Notes under the pieces: model-generated
Database searches by the model: none
What the model was told of the DNA's origin: nothing
The model's input: only the letters and a program-made list of their open reading frames with translations
In this document: in pieces, positions 61,248-64,000 of the stretch
Layout: every line of letters begins with the position of its first letter
Position numbering within the stretch: the stretch's first letter is position 1
Program-made: the position numbers and the translations under genes
DNA from: an uncultured Microthrixaceae bacterium
GTDB lineage: Bacteria; Actinomycetota; Acidimicrobiia; Acidimicrobiales; VFJN01
DNA: 64,000 nt
Assembly: GCA_963717755.1 (NCBI GenBank)
Contig: CAVQWY010000004.1
Coordinates: forward strand, 75,451 to 139,450
Direction of reading: 5' to 3'

Positions 61248-62458
61248 TGGCACCGCTCGTCGCCCGGACCCGCCGCGTCGACCACGACCTCGACCTGCTC
61301 GCGCTGGCGGGGCGCGACGGCGTGCTCCTCGAGCGGGGTCGCGTGGGCCTGGCTGGCCGCGGCGTCGCCGGGCGCATCGCCCTGGCCGACGCCGACGCCG
61401 CGTTGGCCGCCATCGAGGCCGACGACGAGGTCGGCGTGCCTGGCACCGGCGCCGTGGCCTTCGGGGCTCTGCCCTTCCGTGCCGATCCCACCGCGGAGCT
61501 CATCGTGCCCGAGATCGTGTGGGGTCGGGCGGACGACGGCACGCGCTGGGTCACCACCATCGCGCCGGCCGATGCCCCTGCCGTCGAGCTGTCACTGCTG
61601 CCCGACGATCCCACCCCGGTGCCGAGTCCGACCCATGTGGCCGTCCGACCGGAGCGGTCGGCGGCCTGGTGGTGCGAGGTCGTGGCCCGCGCCACCAAGG
61701 CGATGCGGGAGGCCGGGCCCGACGGGCTGCGCAAGGTGGTGCTCGCGCGGGAGGTGGTGGTCGAAGCCGACGCTCCCTTCGATCGCGCCGTCGTGCTCGA
61801 TCGGTTGCGCACCGCGTACCCGGGGTGCTTCCTGTTCCACGTCGACGGCTTCCTCGGGGCCAGTCCCGAGCTGCTGGTCGGCCGCAGCGGCGACGTCGTG
61901 CGCGCCCAGCCCATGGCCGGCACCGCGCCCCGCGGCGGCGACCCGGCCACCGACGCGCGGCTGGGTGCCGGCCTGCTCGCCTCCCCCACCTATCGGGAGG
62001 AGCACCAGATCACCATCGACATGGTGTACGACACGCTGCTGCCCTGGTGCTCCTACCTCGACTACGAAGCCGAACCGTCGGTGGTGGGCGTGGCCAACGT
62101 GCAGCACCTCGCCACCCTCGTGGAGGGGCGTCTGTCGCAGCCGCCGCCGTCGATCCTCGAGCTCGTCACCGCGCTGCACCCGACCCCGGCGGTGAACGGC
62201 CTCCCCCGAGAGCTCGCCCAGGCCTGGATCGCCGAGCACGAGGGCTTCGACCGGGGCCACTACGCCGGCACGGTCGGCTGGGTGGACAGCCGTGGGAACG
62301 GCACGTGGGCGGTCAGCATCCGCTGCGCCGAGGTCCACGGCACCCAGGCCCGCCTCTACGCCGGCAACGGCATCGTGGCCGACTCGGATCCCGACACCGA
62401 GCTGGCGGAGACCCAGATCAAGCTCCAGGCCGTCCTCGCCGCCCTCACCCGCGTCTGA
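61247..62458 (+). CDS. menF: Isochorismate synthase
   Basis: The ATG overlaps the menG TGA. Chorismate-binding C-terminal motifs: HPTPAVNG, RGHYAGTVGW, IRCA, and AGNGIVADSDP. Confidence 0.85.
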   Translation: MAPLVARTRRVDHDLDLLALAGRDGVLLERGRVGLAGRGVAGRIALADADAALAAIEADDEVGVPGTGAVAFGALPFRADPTAELIVPEIVWGRADDGTRWVTTIAPADAPAVELSLLPDDPTPVPSPTHVAVRPERSAAWWCEVVARATKAMREAGPDGLRKVVLAREVVVEADAPFDRAVVLDRLRTAYPGCFLFHVDGFLGASPELLVGRSGDVVRAQPMAGTAPRGGDPATDARLGAGLLASPTYREEHQITIDMVYDTLLPWCSYLDYEAEPSVVGVANVQHLATLVEGRLSQPPPSILELVTALHPTPAVNGLPRELAQAWIAEHEGFDRGHYAGTVGWVDSRGNGTWAVSIRCAEVHGTQARLYAGNGIVADSDPDTELAETQIKLQAVLAALTRV

Positions 62459-64000
62459 AGATCCCGAGGGCCTCGGCGACGGCGGCGTTGAGGCGGCGGT
62501 GGACCTCGACGTTGGCGGCGCGGTCGGTGCGGACCACCAGCACCTGGACGCCGCCGGCGGCGATGGCTTCCGTGACGGCCGGACCCACGTCGGTCACGGC
62601 GCGGGCGGAGACGCCGAACGCCTGCGCCACCGCGACGAGGTCGAGACCGTGCGGGGTGCCGTAGAGGAGCTCGAACGACTCGGGAGCCACGACGTCCGCC
62701 TGCGGGAGGAACGAGAAGATCCCCCCGCCGTCGTTGTCCACCACCACGATCACCAGGTCGATCCCACGGTCGGCGGCACCGAGCAGCCCGTTGGTGTCGT
62801 GCAGGAACGCCACGTCGCCGATGAGCAGCGCCGTGGGACGAGCACGGTCCGCCAGCGCGATCCCGACCGCCGTGGACACGACCCCGTCGATGCCGTTGGC
62901 CCCGCGGTTGGCGTGCACGTCGAGGTCGACGCGCGGGTGGGCGTACCACTCGAGGTCGCGGATGGGCATCGACGAGGACGCCACGAGCTGAGCCCCGGCC
63001 GGCAACGCGTCGACGAGGGCACGAGCGGTCCCGGGCTCGGTCGGCGCGGCCTCCGATGCCAACGCCTTCTCGATGGCGGTGAGCGCCTCCTGGCTGCGCT
63101 GCTGCCAGCCGTCCCGCCAGGCGCCGGCGTCGACCGGTTGCACCTGGTCGATCTCGGCCAGCCACGCATCGATGAGCGTCGCCGGCGCGACCGGGAGGAC
63201 GACCGCCGCGGTGCCGTGGGGGTCGAGCCATGCCCGCTCACCCGCCGTGACGATCTCGGCGGCGCCCGACGCGGCGAGCCACTCACCGGCGACCCGCGAG
63301 GACAGCAGCCCGCCGAGACGGACGATCACCTCGGGCTGAAGGTCGAGATCGGTGCGGAGCAGCGCGTCGTGGGCGCGGACGACCTCCGGCGAGGTCCACA
63401 CGGGGGCGGCCGGCGAGGCGAGGATCGGCCATCCCAGGGCGTTGGCCACCCGAGTCAGCGGCTCGGCCGGCCCTGACCCCGCGCCGGCCACGAAGAGGCC
63501 CCGCCGCCCGGCCAGGTCATCGGCCACGCCGATCACCGGCGCGGCCACGATCGTGGTCGCGGGGCGCCACGTCCAGGTCCCCCCGGCCACTCGCCCGGGT
63601 GGCAGCGGCCCGGCGGTGCCGGCGAGCGGCTCCCGGAACGCGAGGTTGAGGTGCACCGGGCCCGCGTCGGGTCCAGCCGCCTCGGCGTAGGCCCGAGCCG
63701 CCAGCGGCCGCCAGTCGCGCGCTGGCGGCCTCTTCGGCCACGCCCGGTGCGTGGAACCACCGCACGGACGCGCCGTACAGGTGGGTCTGGTCGATGGCCT
63801 GCGCCGCGCCGACGTCGATCAGCTCAGGCGGGCGGTCCGCCGTGCAAACCAGCAGGGGCACGTGGGCGTGGTCGGCTTCGACCACGGCCGGGTGGAGCTC
63901 GACGGCGGCGGTGCCGCTGGTGGTGACGACCACCACGGGCTCGCCGGTGCCCGCGGCCAGCCCGAGCGCCATGAACCCGCCGCTGCGCTCGTCGTGCTGC
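62445..64000 (-). CDS. menD: SEPHCHC synthase (ThDP-dependent). The 5' end is outside the window and there is one frame break near 63700.
   Basis: C-terminal ThDP motif [11 protein letters not shown]...[12 protein letters not shown]...[10 protein letters not shown]. The upstream segment [34 protein letters not shown] lies in ORF 63517..63972. Confidence 0.85.

Overview
High-GC actinobacterial chromosomal segment. The assignment rests on the rpsA-polA-pdtaR synteny, a his/trp supra-operon, and mycothiol, F420 and menaquinone genes; I cannot place it below phylum from sequence alone.

Minus-strand content, left to right: a Tad/Flp pilus secretion module (vWA-TadB fusion, cpaF, cpaE, cpaB) directly downstream of rpsA, then a methyltransferase, polA, pdtaR, and later ogt, an ECF sigma factor, fabZ and bcp.

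Plus-strand content: a DUF3105 protein, malQ, a detached tadE/tadG-like pair, one odd tRNA, and a type II fatty-acid synthesis operon (fabD-fabH-fabG-acpP-fabF).

Further right: a minimal class III cyclase behind a perfect CRP-type palindrome, and a five-gene minus-strand operon (HIT-like, glbO, small protein, DUF445, unknown). The trp genes follow in the order trpA, trpB, [antisense lipoprotein], trpF, trpC, J-domain protein, lipoprotein, ygfZ, trpE, overlapping hisI. A roughly 7 kb accessory block comes next (FtsX-type permease, RluA-methyltransferase fusion, GroES-like protein, hydrolase, DUF222-HNH, lipoprotein). After it come hisF-A-H-B-C-D, nth, mshD, rlmN, lipid and redox enzymes, udk, an M50 protease, yaaA and menG-menF-menD.

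The most conspicuous global property is that apparent +/-1 frame breaks occur in blocks of conserved genes, while long neighbouring genes are intact. I read this as probable assembly indels, but it needs read-level checking. No CRISPR array, IS element or prophage was seen. I found no convincing multi-gene novel system; the best leads are listed as findings.
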